Source of the DNA: a virus
Taxonomy: Duplodnaviria; Caudoviricetes
Length of the DNA stretch: 63,148 bases
Reading direction: 5' to 3' (one strand)
IMG/VR virus record: IMGVR_UViG_3300046804_003073
Span: 1 to 63,148 of that record
The position numbers were made by a program, and so were the translations under genes. Shown here piece by piece: positions 10,154 to 19,189 of this stretch. Below the pieces are notes generated by a model, which saw only the letters and a list, made by a program, of their open reading frames with translations, was not told the DNA's origin and did no database searches. Position 1 is the stretch's first letter. Each line of letters starts with the position of its first letter.

Positions 10154-11778
10154 TGCCTACAATAAGAACTAGTGCAATATCAGAAAGTGGTATTGTATTT
10201 TTTGCATCCGGTGGTCACAGCCATGATGGTGTTGGTTCATCTATTATTGATACCTCTAAATATTCTATTTTTGATTTTGGATTTGGATTAGTAGGAACGA
10301 ATCCAGATAGAATAAATAAACAAACAATAAATCAAACCGCATTTAAGAACTTCATTATTCAGACAGTTAATGAATCAGTTCTTGAACCAGCAGGTGTTGT
10401 TCTGCAAGATAATATTATTAATTCTAGAAATATTATTGCAGGATCAATTACATCGACAGAGATTGCTGCAAATACAATTACAGCAAATAATATAGCAACA
10501 GGTACAATTACAGCAACACAAATAGCTGCTGGCTCAATCACAGCAGATCGTTTAGAGGCAAATGCTCTTTCTGCTAATAGTTTGTCATTTAGCAATGGAG
10601 ATTATTGGGCAAGTAATGGTGCATTTAGACTTGGTGGTACAAGCGGTGTATCGTATTCTGGTGTTTTGGGTTCTTCAATAACTATTGGATCCAATACTGT
10701 TGTAAATGGCTCTATTGATATCGGTGGTCCAGATAATGCTTCATTGCAAGTTAATACTGATGGTGCTTTATGGATTGGTCATAGAGATTTCGCATCAGCT
10801 CCTTTTAGAGTTTATTCTAATGGAAGAACTGAAGTTGGAAATGGTAAAGTAACAATATCAACAACTGGAGTTGTTAATATAACTGGCGCTACTACGGTCG
10901 GTGGTAATTTAACAGTAAATGGATCTTCTATAAGTATTGGATCAGTAAGTAGCACAACTGATGTGAATGGAGATCTTGTTGTTAATGGCAATACTGTCAT
11001 GGAATCAAACGTCAGAATAGATGGTGCTGTAAGAGGAAATAACGGTATTGTTTATTGGAAACTTGACACATCTGGATTCATTGCTGGAACCTCCTTGGAC
11101 GGAACGCAAATATTAAGTATTGGTCAAAATATTAATACAAATGGAACAGTAACAGCAGCTGGCAACGTAACAACCCAAGCAAGTCTTCTTGTAGGATCCG
11201 GTACAGCCGGTGCTCCATCTATTAGATTTACTAGCGATACTGATACTGGTATGTATCGTTCTGGAACAAACCAAGTAGGTATTTCTTGCGGCGGTGGAAA
11301 CTCCGCCTTCTTTACACCATCAGATACGTTATTAACAATAACTTCTACAGGAACTGCTCAGACAGTCTATCATACCTCCTTGGGTTTAATAAAAGCAAGC
11401 TCAACAAGAAATATAAAGAATGACATCTACTACTTTTCAGACGGTATAGAGAAAATTAAAAAACTTAAGCCGGTCACGTTTACATATAAACCACTTGAGT
11501 CTGACTCTGAATACACCGCTGAACTCAAGAAAGGCGCTATACAACATGGTTTTATAGCAGAAGAAGTTGCTGAGGCAGACCATCAACTTGCTACTTGGGA
11601 TTTGCCTAATATGGATGGTCTAACCGACGAAGAAAAAATAGAAATAATTAAAGATCTTACAAAATATGTGCCGACCTATTATAAAGAATCGGCCATTTTA
11701 TCAATAGCAGTAGCCGCTATTCAGGAATTAACTACCAGGGTGGAAGCTTTAGAGGCTCAATTAGGGTATAATAATTAA
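10153..11778 (+). CDS. Tail fibre/spike with C-terminal intramolecular chaperone (peptidase S74-like)
   Basis: ITA..IA pentapeptide repeats and 'SSTRNIKNDI...IKKLKPVTF...HGFIAEEV...AIQEL..RVEALE'. Confidence 0.8.
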   Translation: MPTIRTSAISESGIVFFASGGHSHDGVGSSIIDTSKYSIFDFGFGLVGTNPDRINKQTINQTAFKNFIIQTVNESVLEPAGVVLQDNIINSRNIIAGSITSTEIAANTITANNIATGTITATQIAAGSITADRLEANALSANSLSFSNGDYWASNGAFRLGGTSGVSYSGVLGSSITIGSNTVVNGSIDIGGPDNASLQVNTDGALWIGHRDFASAPFRVYSNGRTEVGNGKVTISTTGVVNITGATTVGGNLTVNGSSISIGSVSSTTDVNGDLVVNGNTVMESNVRIDGAVRGNNGIVYWKLDTSGFIAGTSLDGTQILSIGQNINTNGTVTAAGNVTTQASLLVGSGTAGAPSIRFTSDTDTGMYRSGTNQVGISCGGGNSAFFTPSDTLLTITSTGTAQTVYHTSLGLIKASSTRNIKNDIYYFSDGIEKIKKLKPVTFTYKPLESDSEYTAELKKGAIQHGFIAEEVAEADHQLATWDLPNMDGLTDEEKIEIIKDLTKYVPTYYKESAILSIAVAAIQELTTRVEALEAQLGYNN

Positions 11779-12435
11779 ATGGCTTACGAAAACTATAGAT
11801 TTGTATCTTGGACTTCAGGGACACCAATTACTGGTGAAAGGCTATCTCAGATGTCTACAAATATTGAGCAAGTCAAGGATGCTACAAATGGCAGACCACA
11901 AGGCATAATTCAATTATCGCAAGTTACCTCTGATGTTCCTAACTCAACTGGATACTCTGATTTTGTTGAATATGAATTAATTTCATTAAAAGAAGTGCCG
12001 CCATCAGACAAAAGAGTTAGTGTAGATGGTGATAGGTATTATAAAGTATCCTTATCGTTCCCTGGCTTTCTTGTTAAGGCAAGGGGTGCTGAAGATTCGA
12101 CTTACTTGATTAAATTTTATCAAGGTACATTTGGCAATGCGTCAACACTTCTTAATACATGGAAAATAACTCCACCGATATTTTCATATTACGATGTTTC
12201 ATCCAATGCTTCTACTACTACTGTTTCTGTGAAATCAAACGGTTATCCAACTAGGTTTGGTGCTGGTGATTATTCTATTATATTATCATCAACATCTGCT
12301 GGTCTAACAAATGAATCCTTCTATGTCGCTATTAAGAGAGACCAAGGTGCAAATACAACTAATGCCCCAGCATATTATGTTCCTAGTTCTGGAACAACTA
12401 TGCAATTTTATATTGAGGATGTTGGCGGAATCTAA
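11779..12435 (+). CDS. Hypothetical virion-associated protein
   Basis: N-terminal 'VSWTSGTPITGERLSQM' resembles tail-fibre N-termini; abuts the tail fibre gene. Confidence 0.45.
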   Translation: MAYENYRFVSWTSGTPITGERLSQMSTNIEQVKDATNGRPQGIIQLSQVTSDVPNSTGYSDFVEYELISLKEVPPSDKRVSVDGDRYYKVSLSFPGFLVKARGAEDSTYLIKFYQGTFGNASTLLNTWKITPPIFSYYDVSSNASTTTVSVKSNGYPTRFGAGDYSIILSSTSAGLTNESFYVAIKRDQGANTTNAPAYYVPSSGTTMQFYIEDVGGI

Positions 12436-12875
12436 TGCGTAGGAGAGAATTAGCTTCTCAACGTAAAGATATAAAATGGACACCTAAAAATAATACTGGA
12501 TCTAGCAACCCCAACTTTGCTGGCGGTAAATATGTTGATGATAAAGGGTATGTAAGGTTACTTAGACCAGAACACCCCAGAAATATTCGTGGATATGTTT
12601 ATGAACATCGTTTATTAATGGAACAATATATGGGTAGATTTTTAGAGCCTTGGGAAACAGTCCATCATATAAATGAAATAAAAACAGATAATAGAATTGA
12701 AAATTTCTTTTTATGTACACATAAAGAACACAGTGCAGTTCACATGGAAGGCAGAAAGCCAACAATTGATCAAAAGAATAAACTTAGAGAAAGTATTAAA
12801 AATGTTAAACCACATACAAGAAAACGAGACTTTTCAAGAAAAACAATCGCCAAAAAAAATTATCCTAATGACTGA
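12435..12875 (+). CDS. HNH endonuclease
   Basis: 'YVYEHRLLMEQ.MGR.L...ETVHHINEIKTDNRIEN'. Confidence 0.88.
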   Translation: MRRRELASQRKDIKWTPKNNTGSSNPNFAGGKYVDDKGYVRLLRPEHPRNIRGYVYEHRLLMEQYMGRFLEPWETVHHINEIKTDNRIENFFLCTHKEHSAVHMEGRKPTIDQKNKLRESIKNVKPHTRKRDFSRKTIAKKNYPND

Positions 12876-12924
12876 TTTTCCTCTCTACGCTGTGGTACCA
12901 TTTACCAACCCGTAGGAGGGAAAG

Positions 12925-14097
12925 ATGAAAAAATGTGAAGGGCCGAACTGCGAATTAGAGTTTGAGCCAAATACAGCAAATCAGAAATACGCACACGATT
13001 CATGTCGTAAATCAATTGATTCACTCGGACTTTGCAAGTTCAGGAAAGAAAATGGGATTGTTGAGATTCCTAACTCATCTATTGATCTATCGATCTGTTC
13101 AGATGCTGATCTTAAGGTTGCGTATACAAAGCTTCTATCAGAATATGATAAAGTAAAAAATAAGCAAGATGAAATAGCAAGTGCTGTTTATAGAGCTGTT
13201 AAGGATACTGTTACTTCACAGCCCCCTATCAAAATGAACAGCGATTTTACTCCAGTAAAGAGTAAAAAGTCATTGAAAGATCAAGAGGTTGCAGTTGCAG
13301 TTCTTGCCGATTGGCAACTTGCAAAAGTTACTCCTGACTATAACTCTGCTGTTTGTGAAGAGCGTATTGAAAGATATGCTGATAAGGTTATTCATTTAGC
13401 AAATATTCAAAGAGCAGACCACCCAGTTAATGAAATTCATATCTGGTGTTTGGGAGACATTGTTGAAGGAGAACTTATATTCCCCGGACAAAGTTTCCTT
13501 GTTGATGGTGGTCTATATAGACAGGTAACTGTTGATGGACCTAGAATTATGCGCAAGTTCATCAATAAAATGCTTGAGAACTTTGAAAAGGTCGTATTTG
13601 TTGGCGTGATAGGTAATCATGGCGCAATCGGCGGTCGTAGCAGAAGAGATCATGACCCCGAAACAAATGCTGATAGAATGCTGTATCGTATCATACAGTT
13701 AATGTATGAAAACGAAAAGCGTATTGAGTTCCACATACCAGATGGTCGTGGTGAAAGAAATTGGTATGCAATAGATACTATTGGAAATTATAAGTCTCTA
13801 TTGATTCATGGCGATCAATTTGGTAGCCTATCGACCCTCTATGCCTTCCAGAAGAAGGTGTATGGATGGAAGGTTGGCGCTATACAGGAAGAGTTTAATG
13901 ACGTTTATTGTGGGCATTTCCATACTCCTACAAAAATGACATTTAATACTGTCCAGTTTAGAATCTCTGGAAGTCCAGAATCTACAAACACATATGCTAT
14001 GGAAAGTTTGGCCGCCATTGGTCAACCTTCTCAACCATTGATGTTTGTTCATCCCGAAAAGGGAATTGTGACAGCAGAATACAACTGCTGGCTATAG
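12925..14097 (+). CDS. Calcineurin-like metallophosphoesterase with N-terminal Cys cluster
   Basis: Motifs ADWQ, GDIVEG, GNHG, IHGD, GHFH; AGGAGG RBS. Confidence 0.8.
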   Translation: MKKCEGPNCELEFEPNTANQKYAHDSCRKSIDSLGLCKFRKENGIVEIPNSSIDLSICSDADLKVAYTKLLSEYDKVKNKQDEIASAVYRAVKDTVTSQPPIKMNSDFTPVKSKKSLKDQEVAVAVLADWQLAKVTPDYNSAVCEERIERYADKVIHLANIQRADHPVNEIHIWCLGDIVEGELIFPGQSFLVDGGLYRQVTVDGPRIMRKFINKMLENFEKVVFVGVIGNHGAIGGRSRRDHDPETNADRMLYRIIQLMYENEKRIEFHIPDGRGERNWYAIDTIGNYKSLLIHGDQFGSLSTLYAFQKKVYGWKVGAIQEEFNDVYCGHFHTPTKMTFNTVQFRISGSPESTNTYAMESLAAIGQPSQPLMFVHPEKGIVTAEYNCWL

Positions 14098-14105
14098 GAG
14101 GAAAT

Positions 14106-14312
14106 ATGTTTGATAAGAAATTACTTAAGGACATCGCAGAAAGAGCGATTTGGACAGCGGCTCAGGCTTTTATTGCTGTCTATACCGTTGGTGGTGTTGA
14201 TCAAACAAAGTCTGCGTTGACAGCAGGAGTCGCTGCTGGAATTAGTGTTGTTAAGGGTTTCATGGCAACGCAGGTTGGAGACCCGAAGTCTGCTTCTACT
14301 TTAAAGAGTTGA
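14106..14312 (+). CDS. Holin (r1t-like)
   Basis: 'DIAERAIWTAAQAFIA' motif, 68 aa, two hydrophobic segments. Confidence 0.75.
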   Translation: MFDKKLLKDIAERAIWTAAQAFIAVYTVGGVDQTKSALTAGVAAGISVVKGFMATQVGDPKSASTLKS

Positions 14313-14313
14313 A

Positions 14314-14502
14314 ATGATTAAATTTCCTAGTGTTAAACTCAAGTGTGCAAAGTGCGGTGGTATGAAATACATCGGTGAAGAATTTCATTTTGCTGGTGAG
14401 ATGTGGGTGGACGTTACCTGCATCAATTGTTCGCATACTGCTGATATTGAAGTAAATAAGTTAAATAACTTACTTCAAAAACTGTCAGGGAATAAAAAAT
14501 GA
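14314..14502 (+). CDS. Small zinc-ribbon protein
   Basis: CAKC...CINC. Confidence 0.55.
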   Translation: MIKFPSVKLKCAKCGGMKYIGEEFHFAGEMWVDVTCINCSHTADIEVNKLNNLLQKLSGNKK

Positions 14503-14933
14503 TAACAAATAAAATAATAGAAAATAAGTTTTATTTGTATAAAGGTAAACTTGTAAAAGTTAAAAAAATTCATAGATCATCAAATAATGTTGTAGTTAAA
14601 TATATCCTTGATGATGGTGAAGATATCATTCCGTTTTCTGGCGGAGAACTGTTGCTCAGTAGACTTTATACAATAGGTGAATTGGCTAAAATAACAGGCA
14701 AGAGATCAGATACTCTTAGAAAATACGAGAAGTCTGGTCTCTTGCCGAAGCCATTTTTTATGGTAGAAAAAGACGAATCATGTTATAAAAATTGGCGGTT
14801 CTATTCAGAACAAGAAGTTTATGATGTGATAGCATTCTTTTCTGGAAGAAATCCTGGGCGACCAGCGACCTCCAGTAAAGCAAATATAAAAAGTTCCATC
14901 ATCTCATTGAAAGAGAAGGTTAATAAATTATGA
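14499..14933 (+). CDS. MerR-type HTH DNA-binding protein
   Basis: 'YTIGELAKITGKRSDTLRKYEKSGLLP...WRFYS'. Confidence 0.85.
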   Translation: MITNKIIENKFYLYKGKLVKVKKIHRSSNNVVVKYILDDGEDIIPFSGGELLLSRLYTIGELAKITGKRSDTLRKYEKSGLLPKPFFMVEKDESCYKNWRFYSEQEVYDVIAFFSGRNPGRPATSSKANIKSSIISLKEKVNKL

Positions 14934-15124
14934 TTGATAATGATAAAGCTGAAATTTGGGCTTCTATTGGAATAACAAAAAATCTTGGCAACTATGAGTC
15001 TTTAAGGCTTGATGCTGGTGCTAAGATTATGGCATCTAATCTTGATGATCAAGATTCTTGGGCTAAACTATGGAATGCTCTGGATGAGCAGATTGAAGCT
15101 AAATTAAAAGAGTTAGATAAGTGA
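14930..15124 (+). CDS. Conserved phage hypothetical protein
   Basis: 'GITKNLGNYESLRLD' motif; translationally coupled. Confidence 0.6.
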   Translation: MIDNDKAEIWASIGITKNLGNYESLRLDAGAKIMASNLDDQDSWAKLWNALDEQIEAKLKELDK

Positions 15125-15369
15125 GTTGGCTTCAAAAAGCCGTTTGTCATAACGATAAGAATTCCAACTATTGGCTTTCATATGAACTTAATAAAATTGA
15201 GTATGCAAAAAATGGATGTGCAAAATGTACAGTCAAAAAGCAATGCCTACTCAACTCTGATATCTCAGATAAGGAAACTGCCGGCGTAATTGCTGGTATT
15301 TCAGAATATGAAAGAAAATTAAAATTATGGAAGAAGGTGAATGATATAAATGGCAATAACTGGGAATGA
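15121..15369 (+). CDS. whiB: WhiB-family transcription factor
   Basis: W..KAVC...AK..CAKCTVKKQCL...GVIAG.SE.ER. Confidence 0.75.
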   Translation: MSWLQKAVCHNDKNSNYWLSYELNKIEYAKNGCAKCTVKKQCLLNSDISDKETAGVIAGISEYERKLKLWKKVNDINGNNWE

Positions 15370-15661
15370 TGTAATAGACGTATTTAAAATCTATTGCAAA
15401 GAGAAAAATAAACTATTTATCCCAGACTCGCCTAGACAGGATGAAATAGCACAAAGCATCGCTGAGCATTATGATAGCGATGATCTTCTTGAGGCTATTA
15501 AGTTCTATATCTCTAATGAGGTTGGACCCATTCTTGTTTTTGACTTTGCATTAAAGTCAAGAGATTATGTGGTTAAGATTCAAAAAGAGAGAGCGTCTGT
15601 TGATAGATTTAAGCAAACCGTTGCCGAAACAAGAAAGCTGATTGAATCAGATGAATTATGA
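15350..15661 (+). CDS. Hypothetical protein (upstream of helicase)
   Basis: Overlaps both neighbours in the operon. Confidence 0.55.
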   Translation: MAITGNDVIDVFKIYCKEKNKLFIPDSPRQDEIAQSIAEHYDSDDLLEAIKFYISNEVGPILVFDFALKSRDYVVKIQKERASVDRFKQTVAETRKLIESDEL

Positions 15662-16871
15662 GATGAGACTTATCAACGCTATTGTTGATAGCGGAGATAT
15701 GGTAACAGCCATTAATGAGGGTGTTGATGGAGTATTTTCTGAGTATAGGGACATATGGAACTTTGTTCTCAGTCATTACGACAAACACTCTAAATCACCA
15801 TCAAAGGATACAATAAAATCACACTACTCTGATTTTGAATTTATCAACAGTTCAGAGCCGTTGATGTATTACATTGATCAAGCAAAGAAAGAATCCTTAT
15901 CTGTCCAGACTCGTAGAATTGTAGCGCAGGCTCATTCTTTATTAGGTGAGTTGGGTCCAAAGGAAGCCCTTTCTTTTTTGATGGAGAATACATCTAAGTT
16001 ATATAAGTATTCCAGTAATCTAAAAGATACTGATCTTGTTGGTGAATGGAAAGATAGATTTACTGATTTAAAGGAAAGATCAGAGAACCCAGACAAGGGT
16101 GTTGTAGGAATTCCTAGTGGTATTTCTGTCATTGATAAAGTATTCGGCGGTTGGCAGGCAGGAGACTTCATTGTTCTTCTTGGCTGGACAGGTGTTGGTA
16201 AGTCATTTATTGCAAGATTATTTGCTGTTAATGCTTGGCGTGCTGGATATCGACCAATGATTATTTCTCTTGAAATGAACAAGATGCAGGAGGGGCAGAG
16301 ACTTGATACTCTGCTTAATAATGGTGAGGGTAACTTCACAAACACGGATCTTGTAAAAGCGAATCCTCTTATTGTTGATAAATATGAAAAATGGGGCAGT
16401 AGAACTTTTGATGGCAAGCAACCAATCTATCTTGTCACCTCTGAGGGGCTTGAGACAGCCGATCAGAATATGGTTCAGGCTAAGATAGATCAGTATCAAC
16501 CAGACATGGTGATTCTTGATTATCATGGTCTATTTGATGACTCCAGTGGTGCCAGGAATGAAACAGAGAAAGCAAAGAATCTTTCAAAAGCTTTCAAGAG
16601 AATTGCGGTAAAGAATAATGTACCCATTATTGACGTTGCTGCTGTAACAATGAGTGAGGGTCATAGCGAAAGACCACCGGAATTAGAAGAAGTTGCTTGG
16701 TCTAAGCAGTTAGCCTATGATGCCGATCTCGTTCTTGCTATCCACCGTGAATATAACTCGGATATATTTCAGGTAGTATCAAGAAAAGTTAGAAGAGCAA
16801 CGCACTTTGGATTCTATTTGAAGTGGAATCTTGAAACAGGGAAATGGAATGAAGAATGGGATCTAGGATGA
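15651..16871 (+). CDS. dnaB: DnaB-like replicative helicase
   Basis: Walker A GWTGVGKS, 'ISLEM', 'VILDY', 'YDADLVLAIHR'. Confidence 0.92.
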   Translation: MNYEMRLINAIVDSGDMVTAINEGVDGVFSEYRDIWNFVLSHYDKHSKSPSKDTIKSHYSDFEFINSSEPLMYYIDQAKKESLSVQTRRIVAQAHSLLGELGPKEALSFLMENTSKLYKYSSNLKDTDLVGEWKDRFTDLKERSENPDKGVVGIPSGISVIDKVFGGWQAGDFIVLLGWTGVGKSFIARLFAVNAWRAGYRPMIISLEMNKMQEGQRLDTLLNNGEGNFTNTDLVKANPLIVDKYEKWGSRTFDGKQPIYLVTSEGLETADQNMVQAKIDQYQPDMVILDYHGLFDDSSGARNETEKAKNLSKAFKRIAVKNNVPIIDVAAVTMSEGHSERPPELEEVAWSKQLAYDADLVLAIHREYNSDIFQVVSRKVRRATHFGFYLKWNLETGKWNEEWDLG

Positions 16872-17065
16872 AGATTGAAATTGATGATAACGTACTGTAT
16901 GTCCTAAACGGAACCAGTCGTGATATTGAGACAATTGTTAGGCTAAGACCGTGGATAGAAGATGAGATTAGAACACTTTATGGTGACTTTACTTCAACAA
17001 AACTATTCACAGATTACAAGCCTCAATCAGAGACCTTTGAGTACAAAATTGTATTCCTCAAATAA
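16868..17065 (+). CDS. Hypothetical protein
   Basis: ATGA overlap with the helicase stop. Confidence 0.45.
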   Translation: MKIEIDDNVLYVLNGTSRDIETIVRLRPWIEDEIRTLYGDFTSTKLFTDYKPQSETFEYKIVFLK

Positions 17066-17963
17066 TATTGAAAAAGAAATAAGAGATCTATTCTCTAATT
17101 ACAATATCAATATACAAACAGAAAGCGGTAAAGAGGCAACTCTTTATTGCCCTTTCCATAAGAACACACACAGCCCAGCGTTTTATATAAATTTAAAAAC
17201 TGGTCTATGGCAGTGTTTTAATCCATCTTGTGATAAACGTGGTAATTTTAGACAACTGTATAAGCATTTAACGGGCAAATCTTATTCAAGAGAAAGAAAG
17301 ATTGACCCTGTTGATCTTGAGCAAAAGCTTAGAAATAGTTTAAATCCACAAAAACAAGAAGAAATAGATATTGAATCAATTCGTATTAATTATGACTCTG
17401 ATGAAATTCATCTATTAGAAACTATGCTAGAAAGAGGTTTCAATAAAGAAACTTTGAAGTATCTAGAAATAGGATTCTCAAGAGTCAAAGAGCGAGTTGT
17501 CATACCTGTCAGAGATTCAAAGTACGAAGTTGTTGGGTTAATAGGTCGAGCAATTCATGATTGGCAAGATCCTAGATATCTATATAACAAAGGCTTCAAA
17601 AGAGCAGATGTATTATTCAATATACAGAACGCAAAAAAATACGATGAATGTATCGTAGTAGAGGGAAGTCTTGATTGCGCTAAAGTAATTCAATCAGGAT
17701 ATCAAAATTGTGTAGCAACTCTTGGTGCAAAAGTATCTGACCATCAGATATCTATGTTGAGGAAATGGTTTGATAAAATCGTCATTTTTTCTGACAGGGA
17801 TGAGGCTGGCGCATCCATGCGAGATGCTATAATAAGATCTTGCGAGGGCAAGGAACTGAGTCAAATGCTCATACCTGAGCATGCAAAAGACCCAGGCGAA
17901 ATGTCTGAGCAGGAAATACAACAATCATATATAAATAAAATTTCCATTATTGGAGGAAGGTAG
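16980..17963 (+). CDS. dnaG: DNA primase (CHC2 zinc finger + TOPRIM); start uncertain
   Basis: CPFH...CFNPSC, 'VVEGSLD', 'FSDRDEAG', 'KDPGE'. Confidence 0.92.
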   Translation: MVTLLQQNYSQITSLNQRPLSTKLYSSNNIEKEIRDLFSNYNINIQTESGKEATLYCPFHKNTHSPAFYINLKTGLWQCFNPSCDKRGNFRQLYKHLTGKSYSRERKIDPVDLEQKLRNSLNPQKQEEIDIESIRINYDSDEIHLLETMLERGFNKETLKYLEIGFSRVKERVVIPVRDSKYEVVGLIGRAIHDWQDPRYLYNKGFKRADVLFNIQNAKKYDECIVVEGSLDCAKVIQSGYQNCVATLGAKVSDHQISMLRKWFDKIVIFSDRDEAGASMRDAIIRSCEGKELSQMLIPEHAKDPGEMSEQEIQQSYINKISIIGGR

Positions 17964-17968
17964 GAAAC

Positions 17969-18607
17969 ATGTTTGAATCATTAAAAACACTTAAAGACTT
18001 AGAAAAGAATATCCCGACACAAAGCGGTGGTGGAGGAAAGAAGTTCTTCACCATTTCTTCGGGAGAAACTTTTAAGATTAGATTCCGTCAGGAATTGACG
18101 GAAGATTCCAGAAATTACGATGAAGCAATTGGAACTGCAATTACTGTTCCCGTTGTTACTTCGCCTATTAACTGGAAATGGAGGGCAGCATCAACTGCAT
18201 CATTGGAGAAGTTCAATTACCGTTGTTGGGCAAGTGAGCAGATTTCCAAGGATACTAGGTGGAGACCGAAGCCTCATCTTCTCATCAATGTTGCTGTTGA
18301 AGTTGAACCTGGCACTTGGGAGCCTAGAATTATTGACACAACCTTTAATCAGCGCCATATTGGTCTGATTTTGATTGAATACGCTAAGGAGTTTGGTTCT
18401 ATCACTGACCGCTACTACAAGTATTCAAGAACTGGTTCTGGCGCTCAGGATACGAATTATACGCTTATCCCGCTGGACCAGTCACCGATGCCTGACAGCA
18501 TTAAGTCACTTCCAGTGCATGATCTTAACAATGTTTATATGACATTGCCTTATGCAAAGCAGGAAGCATTTTTTACCACTGGCGAATTGGTAAAAGATTC
18601 TTGGTGA
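17969..18607 (+). CDS. Single-stranded DNA-binding protein (gp32-like)
   Basis: Lies between primase and polymerase; 'YSRTGSGAQDTNYTLIP' motif; acidic/aromatic C-terminus. Confidence 0.7.
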   Translation: MFESLKTLKDLEKNIPTQSGGGGKKFFTISSGETFKIRFRQELTEDSRNYDEAIGTAITVPVVTSPINWKWRAASTASLEKFNYRCWASEQISKDTRWRPKPHLLINVAVEVEPGTWEPRIIDTTFNQRHIGLILIEYAKEFGSITDRYYKYSRTGSGAQDTNYTLIPLDQSPMPDSIKSLPVHDLNNVYMTLPYAKQEAFFTTGELVKDSW

Positions 18608-18613
18608 TGATGC

Positions 18614-18643
18614 ATGCCGGCAGGGAGTAATCCCTGCCGGCAT
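18614..18643 (+). terminator. Hairpin after the SSB gene (terminator or processing site)
   Basis: ATGCCGGCAGGGA-GTAA-TCCCTGCCGGCAT, perfect 13-bp stem but no U-tract. Confidence 0.5.
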
Positions 18644-18651
18644 AGGCAACT

Positions 18652-19188
18652 ATGAATAAAACAATTTGTTTAGACTTAGATGGTATTATCACTGATATAG
18701 GTCAACAAATAAAAGAGTATGCTGAGAAGGATGCTCTGGAATTTGAACCACAACATATTGGTGAAGCACTACTCACACCTGACGGTGTTGACTATCTTGA
18801 ATTTATCTTTCAAGATCCACTATTTTGGCGCAATCTTTTGCCAATAAAAGAATCTTGGCATGTTATTAATAACTGGTTTATAACTGGTAATGATGTTATA
18901 TTTGTGACAGCAAGATCTTCCGATGTTTCCATATCAGAAATGGAACCATGGCTTGATGGTTGGGGAGTCATGTACTCTCACATTGTTACATGCAAAATGG
19001 GTTATAAGTTTGATGAGTTGAAAAAACTCAATCCATGTATTTATATTGACGATAACCCATCGGAAATAAAAACTATTAACGATAAGTTGAATATACCTGC
19101 CTATGTCATCAAGACATGGTACAATGAACACTTGATAACACCGGATATTAACTATATTGAAAGTTTATCCGAAATAGAACTGGGATAA
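18652..19188 (+). CDS. HAD-family 5'(3')-deoxyribonucleotidase
   Basis: DLDG, VTAR and IDDN motifs. Confidence 0.8.
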   Translation: MNKTICLDLDGIITDIGQQIKEYAEKDALEFEPQHIGEALLTPDGVDYLEFIFQDPLFWRNLLPIKESWHVINNWFITGNDVIFVTARSSDVSISEMEPWLDGWGVMYSHIVTCKMGYKFDELKKLNPCIYIDDNPSEIKTINDKLNIPAYVIKTWYNEHLITPDINYIESLSEIELG

Positions 19189-19189
19189 T

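Noticed and set aside
10153-11778. Diversity-generating retroelement target
   Set aside because: No reverse transcriptase and no template/variable repeat pair was seen.
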